Source of the DNA: Mantamonas sphyraenae STR306
Lineage: Eukaryota; Protista; CRuMs
Reading direction: 5' to 3'
DNA length: 64,000 bases
Assembly (NCBI GenBank): GCA_026936335.1
Contig: JAPMXV010000044.1
Span: forward strand, 62,001 to 126,000
In this document: positions 10,603 to 23,689 of the stretch, piece by piece
How the letters are laid out: each line of letters starts with the position of its first letter
Numbering within the stretch: the stretch's first letter is position 1
Notes under the pieces: generated by a model
Told to the model about the DNA's origin: nothing
What the model saw: the letters and a program-made list of their open reading frames with translations, nothing else
Databases searched by the model: none
Position numbers and translations under genes: made by a program

Positions 10603-11605
10603 ATGGAACTGGATGACGCCCCGGCTTCACAGGACCAGGGAGCAGACACCATGGACACGGAAACTCAGGCTTCCAACGCCGTTGCCGACGACAACGAGGA
10701 GCTGTTTGGCTTTATGGGCGACGACGACCTTGTAGACTCTACCGACGCCTCCCAGGGCGCCTCAGACACAGGGCTCATCACTGCTACATCCTCCTCCTCC
10801 TCTTCTTCCTCGTCCTCCTCCTCCAGCCGCGACAACGACGACGACGACGAAGACGGCCTCTTTGGCGGCTTTGGAGACGATGCAGACATGGCCACCGGCA
10901 CAGAACAGGCGGAGGCTGATATGGTCGACTCCAGGCCCGTCTCAAGTGCCGAGGAGCAGGCCGAAAGCACCCGAAGCTTTGCCTCCCGCGTTGTGCCCGA
11001 CGACCTTTCCAACAAGGCCCTCCGCGCCTGCATGATCTGCGGCATGATCAAAACCTTCAACCAGTTCTACAAAGATGGCTGTGAAAACTGTCCATCCGTC
11101 GGCCGGGACAAGGAGGTCGTCCTCGACCTCACCACCTCAAACTTTGACGGGTGCGTTCCATGCGCTCCCGCGTTGCCCCTCTCTCACACCTCTCAAGTGC
11201 GCCCCGTCCTCCCCACTGACTCTGTCCTCCTTCGCCCCAATGTCACACCCACCCCTCTGCCCTGAACACACCTTGGCCCTTTGTACTCCTCCCACACAGC
11301 TTCATTGCCGTCACCCAGCCCGAGCAAAGCTGGGTCGCCAAGTGGCAGCGATCAGGTACGTCCTCCCTCGGGGTTTCCCGTTATTCCACTCTGCAAAGCC
11401 ATTCGTCATTCTGCACCCACCCACCCACCTACCCACCACCTCACATTGCCTGTGCCCCTTGCCCCTCCTCTCAGCCGACCGCTCTCCAGGCGCCTACGCA
11501 GTCACCGTCTTTGGCAAGATTCGCAAAGCCATCCTTGAGGAGCTTCCTGAGCGCGACCGCCAACAGTACACCCTCCGTCTTGCCGAGCTGGACAACGCCC
11601 TGTAA
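10603..11605 (+). CDS. SPT4: Transcription elongation factor SPT4 with a long acidic N-terminal extension, 2 introns
   Basis: LRACMICGMIKTFNQFYKDGCENC, TTSNFDG, SWVAKWQR and PGAYAVTVFGKI. Confidence 0.9.
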
Positions 11606-11652
11606 ACAACAACAATCAAGAAGCGACAACAGCCATCCATTTCTCTCCCCCC

Positions 11653-11726
11653 TCAGTTCTTGTCAGCCGCCTTCTTGCCCTTGCTCTCCTTCAATGGCAG
11701 GCTGCGGTTAAACACAGGCTTGCTGT

Positions 11727-11765
<39 letters not shown>

Positions 11766-14306
11766 CGCTGTCCTGGTCCACGCAGAAGAAGCCCACACGC
11801 TCAAACTGAAACGCGTCATACGGCTTCACGTCTGCCAGCGCAGGCTCTGCATACGCTGTCATCGAGTGCTTCGAGTTGACGTCTACCACGCTCATCCAGT
11901 TGCTGCCCAGCTCCATTGGGTCCTCCACCGTAAACAGGTTGCTAAACGTGCGAACTTCCACGCTCAGCGGCGCCACACCCTCCGCAGGCTCAGCCACCCA
12001 GTGGATGTATCCGGCACACTTCTGCGCCCTGCTTGCGTCGTACTCGGCTCGCAGCAGCTCCACATTGCCCTCTGCGTCCTGCACCACGTCCACACACTTG
12101 ATCGGGTAACCGTAGCGCAGTCCAACCCACTTGCCGGGCGCCAGGCGCTTGTACCCCTTGCTGTCCTCCATGCGGAAGTCCTCTCGGTCGATGTACACCA
12201 CACGAGAGAACGGCATCGTGCGCGTGCCCATCGACTCGTCCTTCGGGTGGTTCGGTGCTTCCACCTCTTCGGGCTCCCCATCAAAGTTCACGATTTCCAC
12301 GCGCAAAGGATCCAGCACACACATGCGTCGCGGCGCCACTGGGTCCAGCACCGTGCGCTGGCAGTGCTCCAGCAGCGAGTACTGCGTCACGTTTGCTGCT
12401 CGCGTGACGCCAATCAAATCACAGAACATGTTGATCGCCTCCGCCGTGAATCCCCTGCGTCGCAGGCCCACCAGCGTCGGCATGCGCGGGTCGTCCCACC
12501 CGTCCACGATCCCGTCCTCCACCAGCTTCATCAGTCGGCGCTTGGACATCACCGTATGCGTCAGGTTCAGCCGCGAGTACTCCCACACCAGCGGCTTGTA
12601 CAGACCCAGCACGTCCAGAAGCCAGTAGTACGACTCCTGACGAGGCTCAAACTCAAGCGTGCACAGCGAGTGCGTCACATTCTCCAGCGAGTCCACAATG
12701 CAGTGCGTGAAATCGTACGTCGGGTACAGACACCACTTGTCGCCCGCATGCGGGTGCTCCTTGTAGATCACACGGTACGCCACCAGGTCCCACATCGCAG
12801 GGTTCGGGCTCGTGATGTCCATCTTCATGCGCAGCGAGTACTCGCCCTCCTCGTATTTGCCCGCCTTCATCCCACGAAACAGCGCCAGCGATTCCTCCAC
12901 AGGTCGGTCCCGGTCGGGGCTTGCCTCCTTCTTCTCTCGCTGTGCTTTGATCTCCTCTCCGCTCGACGAGTCCACGTACGCAAGGTCCTTCTTGATCAGC
13001 TCCTCCGCAAGGTCGTACAGCTCCTGGAAATAGTCTGACGAGTACGTAATCTCCGACGGTTTGTGGCCCAGCCACTCCACCATCTCGATGATTCCATCGA
13101 TGTACTCCTGCGATTCCTTCGCCGGGTTCGTGTCGTCGAAGCGCAGAATGCACTTTCCTCCCAGGTCGGCCGCATAGCCAAAGTCCAGTCCCATTGCCTT
13201 TGCGTGCCCGATGTGCAGGTATCCGTTCGGCTCAGGCGGGAAACGTGTCACCGTGATCCCTCCCGTAGCCTCCAGGTGCTTCTTCAGCATCTCTGGGCTG
13301 TTGCGCGTGTTCTCCTCGGGGCTCGGGAATCGTGCCGCCGCCTCCACACCCGCCGCCTCACGCAGCTGCTCCTCCTCGCTTTTCTCCTCCTTCTTTGCCT
13401 TCTCCCCACTGCTGCTCTTCTTGGCCTTCTTCTTCGTCTTCTGCACGGGCTTCAGGTCCTCCTCCGTCTTGGGGCCCAGCATCGCTTCCAGCTTGGCATC
13501 AATAGCCTCTCGCACTGCCTTGCCGTCTGCCCATGGCAACGTCTTGCGGATCTTGCCCAGGAACACGCCCACGTTCACATGGTACCTCTGTTCCACAATC
13601 TGTGCCTTGGAAGCCATCATGGTCGCCTCCACTGCCTCCTTAATCTGCTCCGGTGTCACCTCCACACCTGTGTCCAAACCCCACGCGCAGCTCCGAATCT
13701 GTTAGCAATCTCTTCACCACGGCGCATTTACCCCGGTCCGGTCAATCCGTCGAAATCGCGAAATGCACTTGATCCAACCGCCTCTCTCACCACGTCCATC
13801 CAACCTACCTACGCCGCACGCAGCCTCGAAACCGGCAATATCTTCCAGTGGGTTGTTCCCCAGCTTCGTCAGGTACTTCAGCGCAGCCTCCAGCTGCGGG
13901 TTGCTCGAGATCTTGCCGCTGCCCACGTACTGCGCAAGCGTGTCCCTGTACGCCAGTGCGTTCTTTGGCGTTCGCGTGGCCACCTGCACAAGCAGCGCTC
14001 CTGTCGACTTGTCACACGATTCTCCCACCCCACTCTGGAAACAGCCGCGATGGGTGCGTGTGTGCGTGTGTGCGTGTGTCAGTGTGCCTGTTTGCAGTGT
14101 TCCCGTCCAGGGAGAGTTCACTCCCGCGAATCAGCTGCTTCCCCAAAAAGCTCCCACTCGTTACCAAGGGCGTCCTGCCGCCAACTAACCTTGTCAATCA
14201 CATCCAGCAGTGTGTTCAGCTTTTTCTCGCTGCTCAACAGCTCTTCAATCGACTTGGCTTCCATTCCAATCGCCGTCAGGCGGCTTGTTGCGTCGGCTGT
14301 GCTCAT
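11653..14306 (-). CDS. QARS: Glutaminyl-tRNA synthetase (eukaryotic type with N-terminal domain), 2 introns
   Basis: TRFPPEPNGYLHIGHAK, YPTYDFTHCIVDSLE, VMSKR, WDDPRMPTL and FQFERVGFF. Confidence 0.96.
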
Positions 14307-14378
14307 CGTTGCTGAAGTTACGGTGCCTCCTTGGGCGCATGCGCACCCAACGTACCTTTTCCCTCCCACGGAGCCACC

Positions 14379-15141
14379 ATGTCCTCCTCATCCTCGGCTT
14401 CCACCACCACCTCTTCCACCACCTCCTCTGCAGCGGCTGCTGCTGCCGCTGCTGGCACAGCTGCCACCTCCCTCCAGGCTGCCTTTGACTTTTCCGACTT
14501 TCTTCACACCAAGGACTTGTGCGACATCACGCTCGTGCTGGGCACCCGCGAGTTCCAGTGCCACCGCCTCATCCTGGCCTACCACTCCGACTATTTCCGC
14601 AGCATGTTCACCAGCGATTTTCGTGAACGCGACCAAACACGCATCGACCTCCACTACGACGACCCAGACGACATCTTTCCCGTCCTCCTCAACTACATGT
14701 ACACAGGTTGCGTCGACATCACTGAAGACAACGCCATCCCTCTGCTCGCCACCTCGGATCAGTACTTGGTCGAAGACTTGAAACGCCAGGTCTCCCTTTT
14801 CCTCGCCTCCCAGATCAACCGCGACAACGCACTCACCCTACTCATCAAAGCCATTGCCTACCACGCCGACGATATCGCTTGCAAGTGCAAACTCGTCATT
14901 GCAAAGAACTTTCTCCTCCTCGGTGACGTCGACCTCAGCGAGCTGCCCGTCGACGCCGTCGTCGACCTCATGACCCACAAGAACCTCGCTGTGCGCGACG
15001 AATGGGTCGTCTACACCACTGTCACTCGCTATATCTACTCCCAACTCGAATTGTACAGCCAGATGGCCGAGCAACACGCGGAAGGCCAGCCCAACAGCCC
15101 CGGCGTTACCCATCCCCAACGCACACACAACGACGACGACG

Positions 15142-15172
<31 letters not shown>

Positions 15173-16366
15173 TGATGATGACGACGGAGTGCATGCACTG
15201 CACACTTCTTCCTCCTCTTCTTCCTCCTCCTCCTCCTCCTCCTCTTCCTCCTCTTCCTCGTCGCGACCAGTGACCCCAACTCCTTCTACGCCACTTGCCA
15301 ATCTCGCCCTCGTTGAAGCCACCGACTGCGCCGTCGAATCGTCCGATCTGCTTGGCGACGGTCCATCCGCGTCCACAGTGTCCACAGCAAGCAGCCTCGA
15401 GACTAGCCCAGGCGGCGCTAGCGATGGAGCAGACTCCCTCGACCTCGAGGTGAGTCTGAGTACACGAAGCAGCACATCTGCAGCGCTCTACAACGCAAAG
15501 GGAATGGATGTGCGTCTCCTCGGCTGGGAACCGGAGGATCTCACGCGTCTTTATCAGGCAGTGCGCTTTCCGTTTCTACGCTACAACCAGCTCAAGGAGG
15601 CTGCCCAGAACCCGTATGTGCCTCGGCATCTTGTCATCGAGGGTCTCCTCAACCGACTGCAAACCACGGAACTTCCCGCCGACCAGACCGTCCAAGATCA
15701 GCTGTAGGCCAAACGTTTTCCCTTTCCCCCCATCCATCCCTCCACCCCCCGCTGTCGTTGTGTATTCACAGCCCATGCCAATCCACCGTACCACCGTACT
15801 GACACACTGAACAACGCAGCATTCAACCACGCGCCGTGTTTGGCATTCCATTCGAGTACAAACATGACAACGACGGCAACGGCGTGATCTACTGGATCGG
15901 CACCAACGGCAAGCGTGAGCCATTTGTCAATCCAGCGTCGCGCAAAGTGTTTGTCAACGCCAGTTCGGTGCAGCGAGGCAGCACAGAACTGTTCATTTCG
16001 CCCGATCCAGCCGCCTGTTGGACTGAAGATGTGCCCTCCTCCTGGTTTGTCGTCGACCTCGGTCCAAACCGCTCTGTAAAACCCACCTACTACACTCTTC
16101 GCCATGGTGCCAGCTTCAAGGACGAAGCCCTGCGTAACTGGGAGTTTCAGGGGTCGTCCGATAACCAGCGCTGGCGCCTCCTCAAGAAGCACATCAAGGA
16201 CAAGGCCCTGGACGGAGGTGCATTCCAGTCCCACAGTTGGCCCATCAAACCCACCAAGCGAGCCTACCGCTACTTTCGCATCCTGCAGACTGGCCACAAC
16301 GCCTCAGGCCACAACCACCTCGTCGCGTGCGGATTTGAGCTGTACGGCGAGCTGTTTGAATCTTAG
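14379..16366 (+). CDS. BTB/POZ-BACK protein with a C-terminal galactose-binding-like (F5/8C; HECTD1/At2g30600-like) domain, 1 intron
   Basis: CDITLVLGTREFQCHRLILAYHSDYFRSMF (BTB) and AVRFPFL (BACK end). Second exon FEYKHDNDGNGVIYWIGT...WFVVDLG...YYTLRHG...LRNWEFQGS...GFELYG. Confidence 0.85.
15208..15260 (+). repeat. (TCC/TCT)n trinucleotide tract encoding poly-Ser in the BTB protein
   Basis: Directly visible; preceded by a GAC/AAC tract at ~15131-15186. Confidence 0.9.
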
Positions 16367-16405
16367 ATCAATTGCAACAAGTTGTACTGTGTTGATCACC
16401 CGTCA

Positions 16406-19400
16406 TCACCCCTCCCCACTGCCCACCCCAAACGGATGGTCAGACAACACCTGCTCGTCTTGCTCGCCGCTCCCTGCGCTGCTTGACGCTCCTTGCACGC
16501 GCAGCAGCTGCAGCATGGCATCCAACTTTTCCTCCATGCGCAACTGGTTTTCTCGCAGCTCTGCATTCTCTGCCATCAGTCCTTCGATTGTCATGTGCAG
16601 CCCCTGCACGCTGTAGTGAAGCTGTCGCACACCAGCCTCCGCCTCTGTCTTCCCACCTCGGGTGTCTCCCACTTCACCGTCGCCCTGCCCATCTTCTCGT
16701 TTGTCCTCCTCTTCCTCGTCTTTCATGCCCTCCTTTGCCTCCTCCTCGTCGTACGAACGACTGTAGTCCAAATTGAACAGCTCCATCAGATTGTCGATGC
16801 GACCGTGATATGGCGATCCCAGCAACTTCATCATGCCGGGCACCATGTACTTCATCCACTCTTCGGGCTTAAAGTCCTGCCGCACTGCATGTAGTCCCTT
16901 TCGCCGTGTGTCATGCCTCCCCGAATCTCCAAGCCCTCCCGACGCCGAGGAGTCCCGCAGCGTCGACTCCGTGTTGCCTCGATTGCCTTCCACGTCGTCC
17001 TCATCGCCCATGTTTCGCTCTGACGCGCCTGCCTCATACATCACATCTGCAGCGTCGCGATCAAAGCAGGACGTCAGCCACACTTGCATGCGCTTGTGCC
17101 AAGGCGCTGTCACGTTGCGATGGCTGGCACTGCTGATGTACTCGCGCAGATGGCTGGTCAGGTCGTACACTGTCACGTACTGCACGTCTCTTCGCAGCAA
17201 TTGCTCGAAAAAGTGCTGCAGGTCGTCCCAGTGAAAGTACACGCCCATTTCATCACTTAGATCCACTCCTTGTTGCAGCAGCTGCATCCCTTCCTTGCGC
17301 ATCTCGCCTTCGTCCTGCTCCCGCGGACTCAGGGGGTCGCGCGACGCCAGCAGCGATGCAAAGAATGCCCACGCCACCGACATCCGGTCGCCGATCGTCA
17401 GCGCTGCGTTTCCCTTTGCACTCTGCGCTTCTGCCAAACGCAGATTCCACGCTTGTGTCAACATGCCTCGGTAGAACAGGTTACTGGACGCCTCCTTGCG
17501 GTACATCACAAACATGCTCTGGCTGACTCGCACCCGCCCGCCGTACTTCACCGTGCAGTACACTCCGCCCTGTTCCGGCTCCACTATTTCGATCTTGAGC
17601 ATGGCGTCTCCCACGCTGATGTACTCTTCGACGTCCATGAAGCGATCAAAGTCGTCCCGTGACACACAAATCAGTTTGTGTGACTGCGCCGGCCTACATC
17701 CAGATCCAGGCTCGCACAGAGGGCACATGCCCGTGTAGTCCTGCACATCGTTTTGAAGCCACGAAAAGTGCTTCAGGATCACGTGTGTACTCCTACCTAG
17801 ACGCGAAGTTTGCCTGCGCCGAGCCACCGGCGGCGCCTGCTCCGCCCCGTCTACATCACCCACGTCACCATCGTCATCGCCCATGTCTGCATGTCCACTT
17901 TCCTGACCCATAATCATATTTGCCACATTGATTGTGTGACGTGCGCCACGCATGTGCTTCTTGGCGCGCTCGTGAGCCGTGCCACCTCCTCCGCGCGATC
18001 CCGTCCCCGTTCCACCCAAAGGACTGTTTGGCTCCTCAGCATAGTAGTCCTGGATGGAAGTAATCCAAAGGCGTGTGTGGTACTCCCACCAGCTGCGAAT
18101 CACCACGCTCAGGTCGTACGTGACCGTGTCTGCCAGTGGGTCTTTGCGAGCCTCCAGAACCTCCTGGTAGTGCTGATCGTAGTGGTGCGACAGGATGGCA
18201 ATAAACACATTGACCAGAATAAAAAACACAAGCACCATGTAGATGGCAAAGTAGATTGGGGCGAAAAAGGGCGACACCGCCGCCAGCGGCTCGTAGCCGA
18301 TCTCGCCGATAAGCAGGCGGAAGCCTGCGCTAAGGGAGGCAATAATGGAGTGGAAGGAGCGTTCGTATGGCCCAAACACGACGTGGCCCATGATGGCAAA
18401 GCCCATGAAGCAAAGCAAAAAAATGGCACAGAACGAAAGCAGATCGCGACCCGCTCGCGACAACGTGCCCCACACAAGGTACAGGCGTTCGTTGGCGCGC
18501 AAGTAGTGAAACACCTTGAGGCAACACAGGAGGGTGACAAACGCCCCTACCTCGCGCGAGGTCTGGTGTGCCTCGACCACGCTCATCATGTCCACGTACC
18601 GGTCCGAGAACACACTCGTGCCCAAGTCTGGCGACGTGCTGAGCACATAGATGCGCAGTGCTACGGTGAGGAGCAGCAGCGAGCTGATCAGAGCATCCAC
18701 CACCGTCCACAGGCCGGCGTTTTCCTGGTACCGCTTGAACCCCATCCGCTTCACACGCGCGATCTCGTTGCGGATGTTGAGGGCCACCAGCACAAAGGCC
18801 AACAGCTCCAAGACCCCGCGGGAGAAACGGGTCACGTCGAACGAGGCCGGCTGCACAGTGATGAAGCGCTTGGACTTGAGAATGCGCCCTGGGGTGGTAA
18901 ACTCCATCAGTATCTCCACAGCCGTGAGCAGGTTCGTGGACGGGTTGAGAAGGTTGAGATTCACGGCAATGGCCGCCGTGCTCTTGTCCAGCCAACGGTC
19001 GGCCTTGAGCTGGGCAAGCAGTTCCGCTGCACGCGTTTGATTGCTGTGAGGTAGTGTTTCCGAGTAACCCGACTGCCCATATTGGCCCAAATAGTTGAGT
19101 GGGCCCGCCCACAACACAGAGTACGCCGATTTGTTGCATCTGTACTTTGTGCGGTTGCTGGGCGGTCCAAAGGCGGAACAGTCGCGCAGGCGAAAGTCTG
19201 TGCCGTCGCCAAAACAGTTTTGTGTCTTGAGCAGGGTTTGCACCTGTGGGTTGGGGCAAGTGTTGTTGCGCACTCGCACCTGTCGCAGCTGCACGCCGCC
19301 CAGCAGCCGATTGTTCACCCTCACAAAGGAAAGCTCCTCGCGCCGGTACGGATCATCGTTGTACCTGTGAAAGACCAATCCCCATATGCGTGTGTTAGCA

Positions 19401-20108
19401 AATGACCACGATTCAACATGGTTTCCATGCGCTGGGTGCCACTTTGGCTGGCCACAATCCTCTACTGCGCCGGGGGACGCGGACGGCACCTCGCAGCACA
19501 AACGCACCAAGCCTTTTCGTAGATGGCACTCATCAGGGGCCCTTCCAGAAAGTGCCACACTTCCTCGAGGTCCATGACGTCCCAATACGTCTTGGCAAAG
19601 TGGGACACGGTCGAGTCAAACTCGTCGTCGAGCAACTTGTCTTGCAGGGCGTCGTTCTGTGGGTGGCGCGGATTTGAGCAGGTGGAAAACGGCTCGAGCG
19701 TGTCAGCGACCGGCGTGACACGGCCACAGGCACAAACAGCGCCACGGATTGGTCACGTACCTGAAGATATGTGTTGGATACGTTCTGCCAGGTGAGGATG
19801 CTCACCAGTAACGCAATGAGGCTCAAGTGCGCGACAAACTCCAGGTAGAACTGGTTGCGCTCCTTCCGTGCCAGCTCGTGCACAGCACGCACAGCATACA
19901 CGACACGCTTGGGTCGGGCGGGCGACACGCTTTGGTCCATAAACTCATACTCATAACCCATTTCCAGAGGCGACTCGCCAAGACTTGAGTCTCGTCGCGG
20001 TCGCTGCAGGCGCCGAACTGCCGCAGGCCGCCCTTCCTCCCTGGACCCACTGGGTTCAGGGCCATGCGACGACTCCACGGGTGCCTTGCCTGTGATTGAC
20101 AAGTCCAT
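16406..20108 (-). CDS. PKD2: Polycystin-2 (TRPP/PKD2-like) cation channel, 2 introns
   Basis: NRLLGGVQLRQVRV, WLDKSTAAI, six TM segments, KVFHYLRAN, pore FRLLIGEIGY, FFILVNVFIAIL and a C-terminal coiled coil. Confidence 0.88.
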
Positions 20109-20177
20109 GTGGGAAAGAGCACACAAGGATTGGGATTGGGTTTGTGAGGGGCACGCATTCACGTCTTTGCGACCTGT

Positions 20178-23100
20178 TCATTCCGACGACGTCGATGACG
20201 ACGACGACGCACCAGACACGGTGGGCAAGTTGTCCAGGGTGGCTTTCCACGTGGCAATCCACTCGCTGAGCACAGAGACCATTTCGCCGTCGCGCTTGAC
20301 CTCGAGCTCCTCCTTCTCTTCCTCGGTCAGCTCGCGCCCCGCTGTGGACAGTTGCTTGACCTTGACAGTGCCGTTTGCCAGCTCATCGTCTCCAAACACA
20401 ACCACAAACGGGATATCCTTGGAGCTGGCGTAATCCAGCTGCTTTTTCAGGATGAGTTTCTTCTTGTACACAAACTCGGCCTTGATCTTGGCGTCCCAGA
20501 GAATCTTGCACACCCGCATGCGTTCCTCCAACATGTCGTTTCCGATCGATGCCACCAGCACCTCGGTTTCGACCTCGCGAACGGCGCCCGGGTTCTCGGC
20601 CATTTTTTGCTCCATGATGGCAAAGATGCGCTCGATGCCAATGGACACGCCCACGGCCGGGATGTCTCCACCCGAGTTGAACATGCCTACGAGCTTGTCG
20701 TAGCGCCCACCAGCGGCAATGGAGCCCACCTGGTTAGTTTCGGTAAACACAGCCTCGTAGATGACGCCAGTGTAGTAGTCCAGACCGCGAGCAAGGCTCA
20801 GGTCGAACGAAATCTTGTCCAACATTCCAAAAAAGTCGCAGTAGGTGAAGAGCAGGTCCAAATCAGCCAGCGCTTCCTTTCCCATGGCACTGTCGGCAAA
20901 CAGACCCTGGTCCACAAGGTGGTTGTACAGAGCTCGCGGCTCGTCCTTGAGAGTGACAAACGTCTCGATGCGGTCGGCCACCTCGGGATCCAGGCCCTTC
21001 TGATCGACCATCTCTGCACGCACAGCCTCCCAGGGCTCCTTGTCCAGCTTGTCGATGGCTGAGCAGATGGGACGCGTCTTGTCTTCGGGCACGCCGCACA
21101 GGTGCAGCATGCCGTCCAGCAGCTTCCTGTGATTCAGCTTGATCACATAGTTGCCAATGGCCAGTTCGTCGAGGATCTCCGAGAGGATTTTGAGCACCTC
21201 TGCGTCGGGAATCATCGGTTCGTACTCGCCGGCCACGTCGAAATCGCATTGGTAGAACTCGCGGAAGCGGCCGCGCTTCATAGCCGGGTTGTCGCGACGG
21301 TACACCTTGGCGATGTGGTAGCGCTTGATGTTGCCCACCGAGTGGATGGCCAGGTAGCGTGCAAACGGCACGGTGAGATCGTAGCGAAGGGCAAGGATCT
21401 CACCACCCTGGTCAGCCAGGTCGTAAATGAGCTTGGAGTCCTCGCCATACTTGCCTGTGAGGATGTCCTTGCGCTCAAACACGGGTGTATCGATGGTGAC
21501 GCCTCCGTGGCGCTTGAACACCTGCGTGATGGTGTTGAAGGCCTTTTCCCGGATGGCCATCTGGAAGGGCAGAAAATCACGCACACCCTTGGCAACCTTG
21601 GGCTTGATGGCACGCGTGTTGGTGGTGAGCACGGCGCTCAGCCATGTGTCCAGAGAGACGTTGAGCGGGTTGAGCTTGGCGCGAACGGAGAACAGCTGGT
21701 CCTGCAGCTCGGCGTCATCCAGACCCACCTTTGAGCCTTGCTGCAGGTACTTGAGTACCACAGCCGTCCCTGCGCCCAGTGTAATGTCGGGAGACATTTC
21801 CTTGCCCTTCTTCTTCGCCTTTTGCTTCTTGTTGTTCTTGTTGTTGGCCTTGGCACCGCCGGTGGAGCCGTCGTTGTTGGCAGCGGCCTCCTTCTCGCGC
21901 TTCTCCGCCAGTTTGGCCTCTGCAGCAGCTTTCTTCTGCATGGCGGCCTCGTAACGAGCAAAGTGCTCTTCCTGGCGCGCACGGATGGCGTGCGCGGAAA
22001 CGAGCGCTTCGATGGCCAGGATTGCGCTCAGCTGCGTGACCATGTCGTACGCAAGCATGGCACCGGACATGGGTTCAACTTCCACATGGTTGAGCTGCGA
22101 GTCGTCTGTGCTGTTGGCGACCTGGGCCAGGTACAACTGCACCGCACCCTCTGGGCCCGAGCCCGAAGATGAGGCGCTGATGGAAGACGACGCTTGTGCA
22201 GCGGCTCCAACGCGTGTGTCGCGCATGGAAATGCTGTAGATGCGGTCCAAGGCAATGGTGGCCTCCTGCTGCAGGGGGAACATGCCTGCTTCCGTGTTTG
22301 CCTTTGTGCCCTTGAGCATGTCGGGCAGGCTGTACAGGGAGGCACCGAGCACGGTGGTGTTGATGCGTGCCGACGCACCTGTGGCCAGCAGAGGGATGGC
22401 CGTGTCAAACGCAGACGCGACCTTCAGCAGTGGCGTGGCCATCTTCAGGTCGGTTTCCGCCTCGCAGGCGTTGATTTCGATCTTCATGGTGTCTGTTTGA
22501 GACATGGACAGGGGAGAGACGATGGTGAGAGAGAGGGTGTGAGTGTGTGTGAGTGCGTGCGTGCGCGTGGCAGCTACTGGGAAGGGTCGCAAAGATGTGT
22601 CACACGTACTCTGTGCGTTTTCCAGCATGTCGCGCGCAGGGCCGTGATACTGAGGGATGCAGGAGATGGAAAACACGTCGGCCTGTTTGCCCTTGCGCTT
22701 GTTGGCGAGACCAGAGCCGTCTGTGAGGAGTGACAGGTTCTCGGCGGATTGCATGTCTCCCTTGTGCGGGCGGTTCGTCTCAAACACGGAGCGGTTGAAA
22801 GGTTGCGTGGACGCCTGGATGGCCTCGCAGGTAAGAGCAGCCGTGGCGTCGGCGGTGTTGAGCAGGTTCTTGCTGGCAAAGGCAGTGAGGGCAAGAACGG
22901 CGCGTGCGCAAACGGGCGACGGGAGGATGAGCTCCTCCTCGCTCTCAAACAGACCTGGTGCCTGGAGACCAGCCTGCTCCAGGTACTGTCCAAGCGACTC
23001 GTCTGGCTCCGAAGCGATGCAGCCCACGCCGCGCATGGCCATGCACAGTGCCGTTTCTGCGTTGGATGATGCAGGGATCTGCGGAGCGGGGGTGAGCGAA

Positions 23101-23611
23101 AACAAAGCACGTGCGCGAGGGAAAGAGGGCCGTAGGAACGTGTGTGTGTGTGTGTGCACATGGAGCAGCGACTTACATGCAGTGGGATGTTTGCGTTGAA
23201 GAGGGAAAGGACAAAGTCGACGACAGCGAAGCGCACTCGCGTTTTCTGCAGCAGCAGAGCGAGAAGCAAGAGACTCGCACGGCGTTGCTCGTCGTTCAGG
23301 GGCTCCTCCTGCGCCAGATCTCCGAATACACTCTGGTCCAGCTCGGGCATGATGGACTGTACATGCCAAGGAGGTAGGACCCGGTGTGTGTGTGTGTGTG
23401 TGTGTCAGTGTGTGTCAGAAGGATGTGGGGAAGAGAACCGGAGGTGGGATCGGCGAAATCGGCGTACCTCGCCCTTGCGGCCAGCCTTGTTCTTTTTCAG
23501 GCCAGCTGCGCTCTGTTCACTCAGCTCCACAGTGCTGGTTTGAATGGCAGCCAGCTGCACCAGCTCTTCCAGCTCCAGGGATTGGCCAAGGGTGGTTGCG
23601 GACGAAGACAT
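20178..23611 (-). CDS. HARS: Histidyl-tRNA synthetase with an N-terminal histidine-ammonia-lyase-like domain, 3 introns
   Basis: KVAKGVRDF, LRYDLTVPFARY, GRFREFYQCDFD, LARGLDYYTG and SIAAGGRYD. N-terminal FSISCIPQYHGP...KIEINA resembles HAL. Confidence 0.94.
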
Positions 23612-23689
23612 GAGTTGTGGTGCTGGCGCCGGGGCCGCCAGCCAAACTGATCTCATTCAAACACACATTCATTCGTGCAACCCACGCAA

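Noticed and set aside
20178-23369. ORF-track proteins containing THTHTH or CVCVCV runs
   Set aside because: These are read-through of (CA)n/(GT)n-rich introns bounded by GT-AG sites, not real His/Thr or Cys/Val domains.
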